This document shows positions 18,087-28,098 of a DNA stretch of 50,617 nt, one piece after another. Below the pieces are notes generated by a model. That model saw nothing but the letters and a program-made list of their open reading frames with translations. It made no database searches and was not told where the DNA came from. The translations under genes were made by a program, and so were the position numbers. This stretch comes from Fibrobacterales bacterium (GTDB lineage: Bacteria > Fibrobacterota > Fibrobacteria > Fibrobacterales > JAOPTW01), in contig JAOPTX010000049.1 of the NCBI GenBank assembly GCA_051532055.1, positions 38,664 to 89,280 on the forward strand. Reading direction: 5' to 3'. The first letter of the stretch is position 1. Every line of letters begins with the position of its first letter.

Positions 18087-19244
18087 ATGAATAGTAGAGG
18101 ATTTACATTAGTTGAGTTGATGGTCTATCTTTTTATAACGGCCATAATAGCTACTCTTGCAGGTAGAATTTTTCTCGATAGTGTGACATTTAGTAAATCG
18201 TCTCGGAATAAAATAGATGCACTACAAGGGGTGGGTGAAGCATTTATGTATGTGGTAGAAGATATTGAGAGAATGGGAAACAAGATGAACCTCGAAAGTG
18301 GTATGATGAGTGTGGTTGATCCTACCTATATTAATTTGTTAAATAACCCTCATGATTCATCCTCATATATTCTGAATAACAACAGTGATAATAATAACAG
18401 TGCAAATACGTCTTTTGATAAATTACAGTATAAGACAACGATACAAGATTCAGATGGGGAAGCGACTCATATTGAGGATGTTTCATATGGAGTTGATAAT
18501 GGAACACTTTTTAGGACAATGCAATCATTCAGTATATTGGGGACAGTGACTGGTGGGGCTCAAAGAATGATTATTGCAGAAAACGTATCAACCTTTAAAG
18601 TCGATCCAGGGCTTAATGTCAATCCAACATCTATTGCAAATCCTATTTTTCAAACAGTAGGAATACAGACTGGTGCTATTACCGTTGATGATAATGTAAC
18701 ACAAGTACTCAATGCTAATAATTCTACCGTGGTTATTTCGGGGTTTTTAAGAAATACTTTCTTAGTCGATGTTTGTCCTGCAACGCAACTTCGAGCAGGA
18801 AGAACCTATAGTTTAAATATGAACACATCGTTTAATGACAGCTTTTATCAAAGTTTCTCAAAGGGAACTGATAGGTTAGCAATACGATTAGTTAAAAATG
18901 ATAATACTTTGGTGCCGGGTACTTATATTAAAAGTTTTTATCCAGGGACGGGCAGTGCAACGCATCAACGAATATTTACGTTTATTCCTTCAGAAGATGT
19001 TATGGCAAAACCGCAACTCTACTTTACCTTTACAATGCCAGGGCTCCCCACAGATATAGCGATGACACTCTCTGATGTATCATTTTTTGAATCCAATACT
19101 GGTTCATACAACTGGCAAACTAATGCAATTGCTACAGACTCAAAAAAATATGTGAAAGGTTTTAAAATCCTCCTCGGTGTTACTATCGATGGAGTAACGC
19201 GACAATACAGCAGAATTGTCGCTACACCCAATAATGGGTTATAG
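18087..19244 (+). CDS. Type IV minor pilin, PilW(GspJ)-like
   Basis: SRG|FTLVELMV, DIERMG helix end, GTLFR...IIAENV motif. Confidence 0.87.
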   Translation: MNSRGFTLVELMVYLFITAIIATLAGRIFLDSVTFSKSSRNKIDALQGVGEAFMYVVEDIERMGNKMNLESGMMSVVDPTYINLLNNPHDSSSYILNNNSDNNNSANTSFDKLQYKTTIQDSDGEATHIEDVSYGVDNGTLFRTMQSFSILGTVTGGAQRMIIAENVSTFKVDPGLNVNPTSIANPIFQTVGIQTGAITVDDNVTQVLNANNSTVVISGFLRNTFLVDVCPATQLRAGRTYSLNMNTSFNDSFYQSFSKGTDRLAIRLVKNDNTLVPGTYIKSFYPGTGSATHQRIFTFIPSEDVMAKPQLYFTFTMPGLPTDIAMTLSDVSFFESNTGSYNWQTNAIATDSKKYVKGFKILLGVTIDGVTRQYSRIVATPNNGL

Positions 19245-19252
19245 GAGTAAGG

Positions 19253-22200
19253 ATGATGAGTAATCAAAAAGTAAATAGAAATGAAAATGGGTTTTCGATC
19301 ATATTGGTGTTATCCATAATTCTCCTTGCGACGATCGCAACTACTACGGTGTATAATTACCTCACCACTGAAAATCAACGAAGTGGCAGTAGGATACTCG
19401 CTCAAACTGCTGAGCTCAGTATGAAAAACGCTATTGCACAGACAGAGAGTTGGTTGACCCATAAGCCAGCTGACGTTGTGGGAGTGATCCAGTATATGTT
19501 AAACTATCAATCGGCTGGTAATACCGCAGCTGTTGATGCAAGTACGATTATTGGAAGTCAGATTGGGGCCAATATGAAGATAGTATCATTCAAAAAAGTG
19601 AATGATAACACTTATGAGTTCCTCTTCAATATTGATGCTTATGGTGCAAATGGAAGCAGACAAATTAAAAATATTGGATACAATGTATCAGGCTTTGAAT
19701 CGGTTGGTCAATCTAACTGTCTATCGGGGACATTTAATTATGCCTTTTTTAATGGCGCTAAAATAGATTGTAGTTATGCCGATGTCGTAATAAAAGGTGA
19801 CTTTGTGAATAATGGGGTTTTTTGTTGGAATGGGAGACTGAGGGTTGAGGGCAACTTTGTAAATACCTTCAATATGGCAATTGGTGGAGCTCAGAATAAT
19901 TTTCATGGCCATTTTGAAATTGGAGGAGATGTGTATATGAAGGGTAAGGCTATGAGTGCCAGCTATCCTGATTGTGGCCTCTATGATTTAGATGGTAACA
20001 ATAAACCCACCTCTGAGTTTAAATTTCAATCAGTAGAATTTGACGTCTGTGGAGATGGTCTTGATATCTCTACGGGTACCTATAGTGGTGAATTGAAAGA
20101 TTTTGCAGATGCGGCTGACCCTGATAGTGTCATTATTAATACTACACAAATTAGTGCGAATGCTCATGAGTATTTTGCAACCTGTATCGATACTAAAAAT
20201 AGCTCTACCAATGTGAAGTATACCGCAACTGAGTGTAAGGTAATTACTGCAAAAATACTCAATGATATTGCAGAAAACCCTCCTGGATTATTTCAGGGGT
20301 ATACAGTACTTCAATTTGACAAAACAACCGAAAGTCAGGGTGCAAAGTGGGCCGATGAAGATGTAAAGGATGCACACGAAATTTTAAGTAATAACATGGT
20401 GTTCTATTTTACAGGTAATGTTGATGTTACCGCGTTGAATGTGACCAATAATTTTCCTCGTACCTCTAAAACGATTCAAGTGCTCACGATATTTGAAAAT
20501 ACTAATCAATTGCAGTTAACGGGCCGGAAAATATTTTATGATGATGAGACATTCGTATCAAATCAACATAGAGAAGGACCTTATATTGGAGTACTTAAGG
20601 GATGGAAAAATAGAGAAACCAACACCAAATACGAAGCGGGGTATGGTAATTATGTGTTTGTTGCTACCACATCGGCAACAATGTATTTTGCACAAAACGA
20701 TCAAAAAGATACTATTTCGGGCTCTATATTCATTGATGATGAAACAAATTCACCGACGACATTAAATACTTCGGGAGGATTTCATTGGGCGACTTATTCG
20801 TGTAAAAGTGACCCAACAAAACATTACGAAACCTGTGCTGATGGTAAACAAGTGATAGAATATAACTCAGAGGTTGTGAGTAACGTCATGAAACTCAATT
20901 TTGCTTATGAGGCAACTCAGACCGAGGAACAAATAGCTGGTTGTGGGAATCCAGTCATGGTAGTACAAGCCATTGCAGATCAATTGATATTAGAGCGGTT
21001 GGGGAGTTACAGTGTTACTTCTGTGCCCGCATCCAATGATGATTTGGTCTTAGAAGGAGTGCCTCCACAGCTATTAACAAATCCTCCCGTAATCTCAATA
21101 GCGGGTGCAGAGTGTAATAATGGGACAACCTGGGCAGATCTCGATGCACGTATTACCAAAACAAAAGCAGGTGATATAACCAATTGTGCCGAAACTATTA
21201 CTACATCGCCCGATGATATTGAAACAACAATAAATTCGATTCTGAATAATCCGACTAATGGCGCTAATGTCAACCACTTGGTAACGTATTCAATGGATTG
21301 TGGTGATGATGGCATTGTTGAAGCCTATACCAATATTATTCTAAATTGTGAACCACCAGCTGTCTCATCTAGTACGGGATATACGGCGTTTACCGTTTCG
21401 AGTGCTGCAGCTGCAGCCCCTGAAGACCCTACCTATCATGGGATCTTAGAAACAGCGTATCAATTTGTTAATAAACGAACAGGGAAGTGCATGGATGTTA
21501 CTGCACAAGGTACTGCTAATGGGGTAAATATCCAACAATGGGACTGTAATTTTTCTCAAGCACAACAGTGGCAAGCTACACAACTGGGTAATGGTAGATG
21601 GGAGCTTAAAAGTATTGTTTCGGGAAAGGTAATTGATTTACAAAATGCAGGTGCTTCAAACAATGTCCAGCAGTGGGGAACTTCTGCAGGGGGGAGTGCC
21701 CAAAGGTGGAGAATAGAACCAGGATCTACACCGGGGTTTTATCAAATTCAATCACAATATGATAACAGTCGTTGTGTACAGCCCTTGGGGAGTAATGCTG
21801 GTGACAATGTGCAGACTCGCTCGTGTAATTTATCTACATGGCAAGAGTGGGAGCTTGTTATTGCCTATACGCGTACAGAAATTATTCCGGGTATTTATCG
21901 TCTGGTTAATAACCGATCACACTATTGCATTGGGATTCAAGGTCCATCTACCTCAAATGGAGCAAATATTATACAATGGGATTGTAATGGTTCAAATTCA
22001 CAAAATTGGATCGTTAATTATTTGAAGAATGGCCGGTTCATCTTGCGTAACGCACATTCAAATAAATATCTTGATGTATCAAATTATAGTGGCCCCAATG
22101 TACATCAGTGGTCATGGCAGGGGGCACTCAATCAAAAGTGGTATATTAATTATGCAGAGAATGGCTATTTTAGGGTGCAACCAGTATCTAACTCCGGTAC

Positions 22201-23287
22201 GTGCCTGGACCTCGATGGTGTTGAAGGGTGGAACTCTGCCCCAGAGGATAGAGGGACGAGTGTCGAAGTAAATGGGTGTAGAGTTACAAACCAAGGGGTC
22301 AATGATAATTACGCTACAGAACAGAAATGGAATTTCATACCAGTTGAGATAAATATAGACGGATATAATATTTTTACTGATGATGGGGCCCTTGATGATG
22401 ATATTGCAAACAATGGAGGGAAACTGTATCAGTGGTGGGATTGTTTAATTTCGGTAAAATCGAATGAGTTGCAGGGATCTAATGCTCTGCTTGCAAACTG
22501 TTCAGATAAAGGGGGATTGTCAATTCGATATGATACTCCGGTTGATTTGAATTATATGTCAGGTGCAGTCCTGCGGTTTTGGGCACGGAGTAGTAATCCA
22601 GATCTAGGGGTTAAAGTCGAGTGGGGAGCACCCGATGGGCAACCTGGGCATCAAAGTGCATGGGCCTGGCTCCGAGATTATGGTTTTGTTGCAGATGATA
22701 CTTGGCAAGAAATTGGAATATCTCTTTCTGATTTTACCGGAATTGATTTAAAGAACATGGTCGTACCGTTTAATATTTATAACAATCAAGGAGGTCCTTT
22801 TTCATATATGGTTGATAACGTCCATATTACCTATACTGATAACGGGTATACTCCTGGTGACGATGATGGAGGGAGTGGAGGAAGTGGCGCTACAAAACTC
22901 TTAGAGGCCGAAAATAATACAGTAATGAGTAGTGGTCTACAAGTCGCAGGGACGGTCCCGTCGTATGTGGGGTATGTTACTGATCGAGCTTGGATTGATT
23001 GGTATGATGTCCCATTGCAGGCCGGGACCTATCAATTACGTATGCGTTATGCTTCATGGTCTAATGGGAATAAAGGGATAATACTCAGGCTTGATGATCA
23101 AGAAATTTTAACCACTATTCTCTATTATTCAACGTGGAATTTTGGTACGGGTAGTAAATATGAAACCTTTAATGATGGTATTTCAGCGAACTTTACTGTA
23201 AGTCAAACGAAGAACTATAAAGTGGCGGTGGTGTTTGATGGTGATGGAATGAATCTCGATTGGATAAAAATCGAACCAGCGAATTAA
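19253..23287 (+). CDS. Giant PilX(GspK)-like minor pilin with 2 ricin-B/CBM13 lectin domains and 2 further CBM-like modules
   Basis: ENG|FSIILVL lacking Glu5; QxW repeats at ~21455-21860 and ~21890-22340; LRFWARS..WQEIGISLSDF..VDNV module; LEAE...MNLDWI C-terminal module. Confidence 0.85.
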   Translation: MMSNQKVNRNENGFSIILVLSIILLATIATTTVYNYLTTENQRSGSRILAQTAELSMKNAIAQTESWLTHKPADVVGVIQYMLNYQSAGNTAAVDASTIIGSQIGANMKIVSFKKVNDNTYEFLFNIDAYGANGSRQIKNIGYNVSGFESVGQSNCLSGTFNYAFFNGAKIDCSYADVVIKGDFVNNGVFCWNGRLRVEGNFVNTFNMAIGGAQNNFHGHFEIGGDVYMKGKAMSASYPDCGLYDLDGNNKPTSEFKFQSVEFDVCGDGLDISTGTYSGELKDFADAADPDSVIINTTQISANAHEYFATCIDTKNSSTNVKYTATECKVITAKILNDIAENPPGLFQGYTVLQFDKTTESQGAKWADEDVKDAHEILSNNMVFYFTGNVDVTALNVTNNFPRTSKTIQVLTIFENTNQLQLTGRKIFYDDETFVSNQHREGPYIGVLKGWKNRETNTKYEAGYGNYVFVATTSATMYFAQNDQKDTISGSIFIDDETNSPTTLNTSGGFHWATYSCKSDPTKHYETCADGKQVIEYNSEVVSNVMKLNFAYEATQTEEQIAGCGNPVMVVQAIADQLILERLGSYSVTSVPASNDDLVLEGVPPQLLTNPPVISIAGAECNNGTTWADLDARITKTKAGDITNCAETITTSPDDIETTINSILNNPTNGANVNHLVTYSMDCGDDGIVEAYTNIILNCEPPAVSSSTGYTAFTVSSAAAAAPEDPTYHGILETAYQFVNKRTGKCMDVTAQGTANGVNIQQWDCNFSQAQQWQATQLGNGRWELKSIVSGKVIDLQNAGASNNVQQWGTSAGGSAQRWRIEPGSTPGFYQIQSQYDNSRCVQPLGSNAGDNVQTRSCNLSTWQEWELVIAYTRTEIIPGIYRLVNNRSHYCIGIQGPSTSNGANIIQWDCNGSNSQNWIVNYLKNGRFILRNAHSNKYLDVSNYSGPNVHQWSWQGALNQKWYINYAENGYFRVQPVSNSGTCLDLDGVEGWNSAPEDRGTSVEVNGCRVTNQGVNDNYATEQKWNFIPVEINIDGYNIFTDDGALDDDIANNGGKLYQWWDCLISVKSNELQGSNALLANCSDKGGLSIRYDTPVDLNYMSGAVLRFWARSSNPDLGVKVEWGAPDGQPGHQSAWAWLRDYGFVADDTWQEIGISLSDFTGIDLKNMVVPFNIYNNQGGPFSYMVDNVHITYTDNGYTPGDDDGGSGGSGATKLLEAENNTVMSSGLQVAGTVPSYVGYVTDRAWIDWYDVPLQAGTYQLRMRYASWSNGNKGIILRLDDQEILTTILYYSTWNFGTGSKYETFNDGISANFTVSQTKNYKVAVVFDGDGMNLDWIKIEPAN

Positions 23288-23297
23288 ATTTCAATAG

Positions 23298-23335
23298 TAC
23301 CCACTTAAAGGAATCAATGGTTCTTTAAGTGGGTA
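23298..23335. terminator. Hairpin / probable terminator between convergent genes
   Basis: TACCCACTTAAAGGA-N8-TTCTTTAAGTGGGTA inverted repeat. Confidence 0.7.
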
Positions 23336-23345
23336 TGAAAAAATA

Positions 23346-23975
23346 TTAGGAAATTTTTGCCCGAATAGACTCTATATACGCTTCTACTTCATCGTAGTGA
23401 AGCTGGGTCTCGATACTGTGATGTTCCTGGGAAAAACTGAGCTCAAGTTGATGTATGAGTTCATCAATTTTTCTTGCTGTGGTTGATGTAAAGGGCGACT
23501 TGTAGTTCTCTATAGCACTCGTGAGATCAGGGACAGTAATCGTTGATTGTTTCTCTTTTTGGAGTAGGTTTTGGGCGTTATGAAGCTCGTACACTTCATC
23601 TTTAAGTGCTTGAATATCTATTCCAATATCCGCGATGTTTTGAGTAACTTTTTGAAGTTGGCCAAGAAGGGTGATTGATTGTTTTTCATGTTTCATTGAC
23701 GTTCGTAGGAGTGCAAAGGCTTTTTTCTTCTCATCATTTTTAAGGAAAATGAGCGACTGGTCTTCACATTGTAGCTGTTGACTCTTCTCTTTATCTATTG
23801 AATCCCGTAATTTTCTTTGGGTCTCAAAAAGCTTTTTCTCTGCAATTTCTATAGTGGTAGTACGAGCCTGTTTGATTTTAATGATCTCCTCAAGGAGTTC
23901 ACCGGTTGAGATTACATTCTCAATAGTTTTATGTACACCGTCTTTTTTAAAGAGTAATTCCGTCAGTTTCATCAT
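23346..23975 (-). CDS. Coiled-coil hypothetical protein, weakly PspA/IM30-like
   Basis: Long E/K/Q/L heptad-rich helices over 209 aa; GGAG RBS upstream. Confidence 0.55.
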   Translation of the reverse strand: MMKLTELLFKKDGVHKTIENVISTGELLEEIIKIKQARTTTIEIAEKKLFETQRKLRDSIDKEKSQQLQCEDQSLIFLKNDEKKKAFALLRTSMKHEKQSITLLGQLQKVTQNIADIGIDIQALKDEVYELHNAQNLLQKEKQSTITVPDLTSAIENYKSPFTSTTARKIDELIHQLELSFSQEHHSIETQLHYDEVEAYIESIRAKIS

Positions 23976-24071
23976 TGTCTCCTGATTAATACTCTACCAT
24001 TTTGGTGAAGAAAAAGGAATGACTTTTAATTGTTTTGAGAAAATTGCATTCAGATAATGAGGGAGATAAAT

Positions 24072-24098
24072 AAAAAAGGCCGATAGATAACCGGCCTT
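24072..24098 (-). terminator. Rho-independent terminator
   Basis: AAGGCCG-N9-CGGCCTT with an A-tract on the left, downstream of 24121..26217. Confidence 0.75.
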
Positions 24099-24120
24099 AA
24101 ATAACATATGAAATGAGCTA

Positions 24121-26217
24121 CTAAAAGCTTATGAGTGTTTCGGCTCTAAACTGGTTTTCTGAAACGAGTACGGCACCTTCATATTTGTAGGTAAAGGTAC
24201 TGCTCACCTGCAGGTTCATGCCGTTCATATCAAAGCCCATTTGATATCCCCAAGAGGTATACTGAGAAAGTTGAATGAACCCGTCCCGAGGCCAAGTACC
24301 ATCATGCCCTTTGTCTTGTCCAACCCGTTTTTTCTGGAAGAATATTGATGCAGACTGAACCTTTGGGATAAACTGAGTAATTGACTCACCAAGTGAAAGG
24401 TGGGCTCTGTATGATCGATCGTGTTTTTCCCCTTTTTTATCACTAATCAGGTGCTGATAATTTCCGCCTAATATTGCGACAACACCAAGGTCAACATCAA
24501 CTGATCCAAATATACCATGTCTTTTACCGAGGTCTTCTGACCAGTAAGTTGTCTCTTTGGTTTCGAATTGATTCGTCTCATCATTTTGGCGAACCCGTTG
24601 AATTTCGTAATTTGAATCAAAATGACCCGCATTAAAGCTCCCATGAAAGAATCGATATTCAAGTCCAAAATCGATAATACCAAAGTGGAGCCTACTTCCC
24701 AAAGGAACAATACCATAATTTTGAGAGAAGGCTTGATCCTCAGCCCAAAAAGTTGAAGCAAATTCACTATAGAGGTCTAACGATAGAATTGAAGTGGATA
24801 GTACGGGTAAAAAAGCATCAAAGGCTATGAGTCTAAATTGATCCTCAGCAAATTCACCTTTGAGAGAGTCAGACTGACGGGTATCTTTTGCTTTATATTC
24901 GTCAACAAATTGATCTTTTAAGATATCACTCCAGTATTCTGGGAACAAGATATTCTCTTTAATAGAGTTTGGATGTTGTATACAGACTGATGCATCTTCG
25001 TCTTGATCGTCTACTTTATTAGGACAGCCATCTTGGTCACTATCTTTAAGTCCTGCATATTGATCAAAGTCTCCAACAAAGGTTCCCCCTAATCTAAAGT
25101 CTTTAATAATAGGGACTGATAGAAAGCCTAGTGGGGTAAATGAGGCGCGAGATGCGAGTACTCCACCACCACTATTTTGCCATTCTTCTACAGAGCTTGT
25201 TGCCGCTTCAACATTGAGTGATACAGGACCGAGGAGCTTGTTGAGTTGTAAATGGATACCGAGGAGTTTTTTTCCTGGGTATTGAGCAACATTACCCCAG
25301 TTTGAAGTAAGAAGTCCTGCAGGATCCATGGTGATACCTTCAATGGCACCCGCTTTGATATAAAACATATCACCGGGTTGATTGTATCGGATATAATAAA
25401 TTTTATCATAGATGGTATGGATCCGTTTGGTGTTATTATCATACTCCCACCCTTGTTTTGATGGAGAGCCATTACGTAAAAAGAATGATATATCAAATTT
25501 AATTCCAAAATTTCCTATACCAATTTCAGGCATCCACGAAATTCTTGGTTGTTCAAAGCCATCTTCTGTTGTAACAAATGCCATTGAAAGATTGTTACTA
25601 AAACTGAAGCCCGGTTGACTTTCTTTTTCTGGTTCTGCCGTTGCATTTTCTGTCCCTTCTGCTGCGGTTGGAGTCTCTGCTACAGTTTCACTTGCACTGC
25701 TTGATGGTGCTGGAGTACCTTCTGTATTATCTCCAGTCTGCGCAATTACCGGTACTTGAGTCGCCGACGATTGTCTTTCTGTAGATACAGAGCTTGATGA
25801 GAGAGGCTCCGCTACACTCTTATTAGGAGCATAGGGGTCATAGGAGTTACTTGATTGTTTTTGAGCAGCAGCGATTCGTTTTTCTTCTCGCTCTTTTTTC
25901 GCTTGCATCTTGTCGTATGCTTCTCTGAACTTGATGTATGCAAGTTTAGCAGCAGCAAGGTCGGTGATACCGGCTTCAACAAATGCATTTTTTGCAGCAG
26001 TGGCATCAGAATATGTTTCAGGGTGCTCTGCAATAAACTGAGCTACTTTCTCGAGGTCTTGTTGTGTTGCAAAACCTGGCTCAAATTTTGGAAGGGTTGG
26101 TACTTCGGTGTTTGCAGTAGTGTTTTGATTTTGCCCATTATCAAACGTCACAGATGGTGATGCGGATTGCGCATAAACCATTCCTGCACATACCAGAGGT
26201 AATATAACTCGTAGCAC
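24121..26217 (-). CDS. Hypothetical outer-membrane beta-barrel protein
   Basis: AAGGAG RBS, signal peptide, helical N-domain, S/T/E/A linker, alternating beta strands, C-terminal Phe; DSDQDGCPNKVD Ca-loop-like insert. Confidence 0.65.
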   Translation of the reverse strand: MLRVILPLVCAGMVYAQSASPSVTFDNGQNQNTTANTEVPTLPKFEPGFATQQDLEKVAQFIAEHPETYSDATAAKNAFVEAGITDLAAAKLAYIKFREAYDKMQAKKEREEKRIAAAQKQSSNSYDPYAPNKSVAEPLSSSSVSTERQSSATQVPVIAQTGDNTEGTPAPSSSASETVAETPTAAEGTENATAEPEKESQPGFSFSNNLSMAFVTTEDGFEQPRISWMPEIGIGNFGIKFDISFFLRNGSPSKQGWEYDNNTKRIHTIYDKIYYIRYNQPGDMFYIKAGAIEGITMDPAGLLTSNWGNVAQYPGKKLLGIHLQLNKLLGPVSLNVEAATSSVEEWQNSGGGVLASRASFTPLGFLSVPIIKDFRLGGTFVGDFDQYAGLKDSDQDGCPNKVDDQDEDASVCIQHPNSIKENILFPEYWSDILKDQFVDEYKAKDTRQSDSLKGEFAEDQFRLIAFDAFLPVLSTSILSLDLYSEFASTFWAEDQAFSQNYGIVPLGSRLHFGIIDFGLEYRFFHGSFNAGHFDSNYEIQRVRQNDETNQFETKETTYWSEDLGKRHGIFGSVDVDLGVVAILGGNYQHLISDKKGEKHDRSYRAHLSLGESITQFIPKVQSASIFFQKKRVGQDKGHDGTWPRDGFIQLSQYTSWGYQMGFDMNGMNLQVSSTFTYKYEGAVLVSENQFRAETLISF

Positions 26218-26455
26218 GGTATTCTCCTTATGATGGTGTCGTTAAAAAATAGCCAAATTGTGGTTTTTTAGGAGTCTCGAGGCACCTCTTTTAAAGATTT
26301 CTTTCATTTCTTGATGGGGTATTCATTACTGACCTCAATATATGGCTTTAAGACTTCAGATACTGATGTTTTTAAGCGTATATCAACTATTTGGAAACAT
26401 CTTTAACATAATAATAGGATAATAGTTTTGATAGAATGTTAAACAGTGTGGCAGT

Positions 26456-26920
26456 ATGGTTAATGTAGAGCATGTAAACCCATTTATAAAAGCAACGATA
26501 TACACTTTCGAGACGATGATACACACCACAATTAAACCAGGTAAGTTGCACCTCAAAGATAATTCACATACTACTCATGATATTTCAGGAATTATTGGAC
26601 TCTCAGGTGAAGCACGAGGAGCAGTCTCCCTCAGTTTTCCACAGGAATGTGCCTTTGATGTCGTCTCTGAATTTGTAGGGGAGCCAGTGACGGAACTTGA
26701 TGAACATTTAACTGATGCAATAGGTGAGCTTGCTAACATTATTGCAGGGTATGCAAAAAAATATTTGGAAAACCTAGATGTTCAAATTTCACTCCCCTCA
26801 GTCATTACCGGTAGGAAGCATACCATCTCAGATGCCAAAGATGTCATGGCAATGGTTATTCCGTTTGAGTATAAAGAATTTTCTTTTGACCTTGCGGTCG
26901 CTATGATTTCTAAGAAATAG
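26456..26920 (+). CDS. cheX: Chemotaxis phosphatase CheX
   Basis: VNPFIKA, DISGIIGLSGEARG, DAIGELANIIAG (ExxN), ISLPSVITG. Confidence 0.95.
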   Translation: MVNVEHVNPFIKATIYTFETMIHTTIKPGKLHLKDNSHTTHDISGIIGLSGEARGAVSLSFPQECAFDVVSEFVGEPVTELDEHLTDAIGELANIIAGYAKKYLENLDVQISLPSVITGRKHTISDAKDVMAMVIPFEYKEFSFDLAVAMISKK

Positions 26921-27084
26921 GGACGTCTAAAGGAAAAAGAAAAGAATTACAATAAGAATGGACGGTGGTGAAAGAAAGTGAAAATATTCACCCTTCGGGC
27001 TCGCCATGGGTGTCGAGTGATAATCGCTCCCGTGTGGTCGTGCTTATATGAACCTGTTCCCATGCTTGCATACGGAAACAGCGG

Positions 27085-27129
27085 ATAAAACAAAAAAAGC
27101 CACTCTATTGAGTGGCTTTTTTTGTTTTA

Positions 27130-27130
<1 letters not shown>
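27085..27130. terminator. Bidirectional terminator immediately 3' of tRNA-fMet
   Basis: ATAAAACAAAAAAAGCCACTC-TATT-GAGTGGCTTTTTTTGTTTTAT, a 21-bp perfect inverted repeat. Confidence 0.9.
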
Positions 27131-27203
<73 letters not shown>

Positions 27204-27212
27204 CTGTGAGGT

Positions 27213-27243
27213 CAAATATATATTACCCTGGCATAACTGTAAA
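27213..27243 (-). promoter_or_regulatory. Probable housekeeping promoter of tRNA-fMet
   Basis: Minus strand TTTACA-N17-TATATT(TG), ending 9 nt before the tRNA. Confidence 0.6.
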
Positions 27244-27316
27244 CCTTTTTCGGCCTAAAGTTAAAAATAAATTAAAATAGATTTTGAATGGATAGATTGC
27301 GGGTGATTTACTCGGT

Positions 27317-28045
27317 CTATTCAAGGAAGTCATTAAAGAGTTTCTCTAAGTCTTCAAGCATATCTTCACTGATTGAGAATGGCACAAACTCCGCAAAGTT
27401 GTTGAGTATTACCACTGCATTGACATTAGCATCTTTTTTAAGCATCCCACGGAGTCGTTCGCAAAATTGCGTGTTGACGATGCCAATATTTTCATAGAGC
27501 TCTTTGAGTTCTGAAAAGTCACTATTAAAGGTGTTGTTCTTTCGGTTTTTTAATAACTGGGCTAAGGCATACATAGAGAGGACCCGGTAAATGGTGTCAT
27601 CAAGAGATGCAAAGGGGAGGTGATGTGCAGCCATGGGCCGCATTTTTTTTAGGTTGGGGCACCCGCTGGTCGCCATATAGAGGCCCATAATAGAACTGAG
27701 ACCTTCTTGGAGTCCTGCTTTTTTCATATACGTTCGATCGGGGGTTGTAACAGTAACCGATACTTCTTCATACGAGAAGACATCGTTGAATGTTTCTACA
27801 ACATCTATAATACTCACCGCCATTGGGCAATGACTTACTTCTTTATCATCAAGAGGGCAATTGGGGCATTTACAATTGTTGAGCTCGGTCCATGCAGGGA
27901 ATTCAGTTCGTGGTGGTACTATAAGACTGGTATCTTCTTTTAATATGGTAATCTTAAAGTGGTGCTTTTCACCATCATCAAAATAAAACGTATATATAAA
28001 GCTATATGTTGAGTCTTCTTCCATACCAGTTCTTTTGCTCGCCAT
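27317..28045 (-). CDS. Conserved hypothetical Cys-containing protein (DUF6901-like)
   Basis: PAWTEL..CKCPNCPL...HCP, QEGLSS.MGL.MATSGCP, PMA.HHLPFAS, DANVNAVVIL; family name recalled from memory. Confidence 0.65.
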   Translation of the reverse strand: MASKRTGMEEDSTYSFIYTFYFDDGEKHHFKITILKEDTSLIVPPRTEFPAWTELNNCKCPNCPLDDKEVSHCPMAVSIIDVVETFNDVFSYEEVSVTVTTPDRTYMKKAGLQEGLSSIMGLYMATSGCPNLKKMRPMAAHHLPFASLDDTIYRVLSMYALAQLLKNRKNNTFNSDFSELKELYENIGIVNTQFCERLRGMLKKDANVNAVVILNNFAEFVPFSISEDMLEDLEKLFNDFLE

Positions 28046-28098
28046 GGGTGAGTTGATTTAATATATTTGTAGTATACCATCAATTTATTAGATAAACA

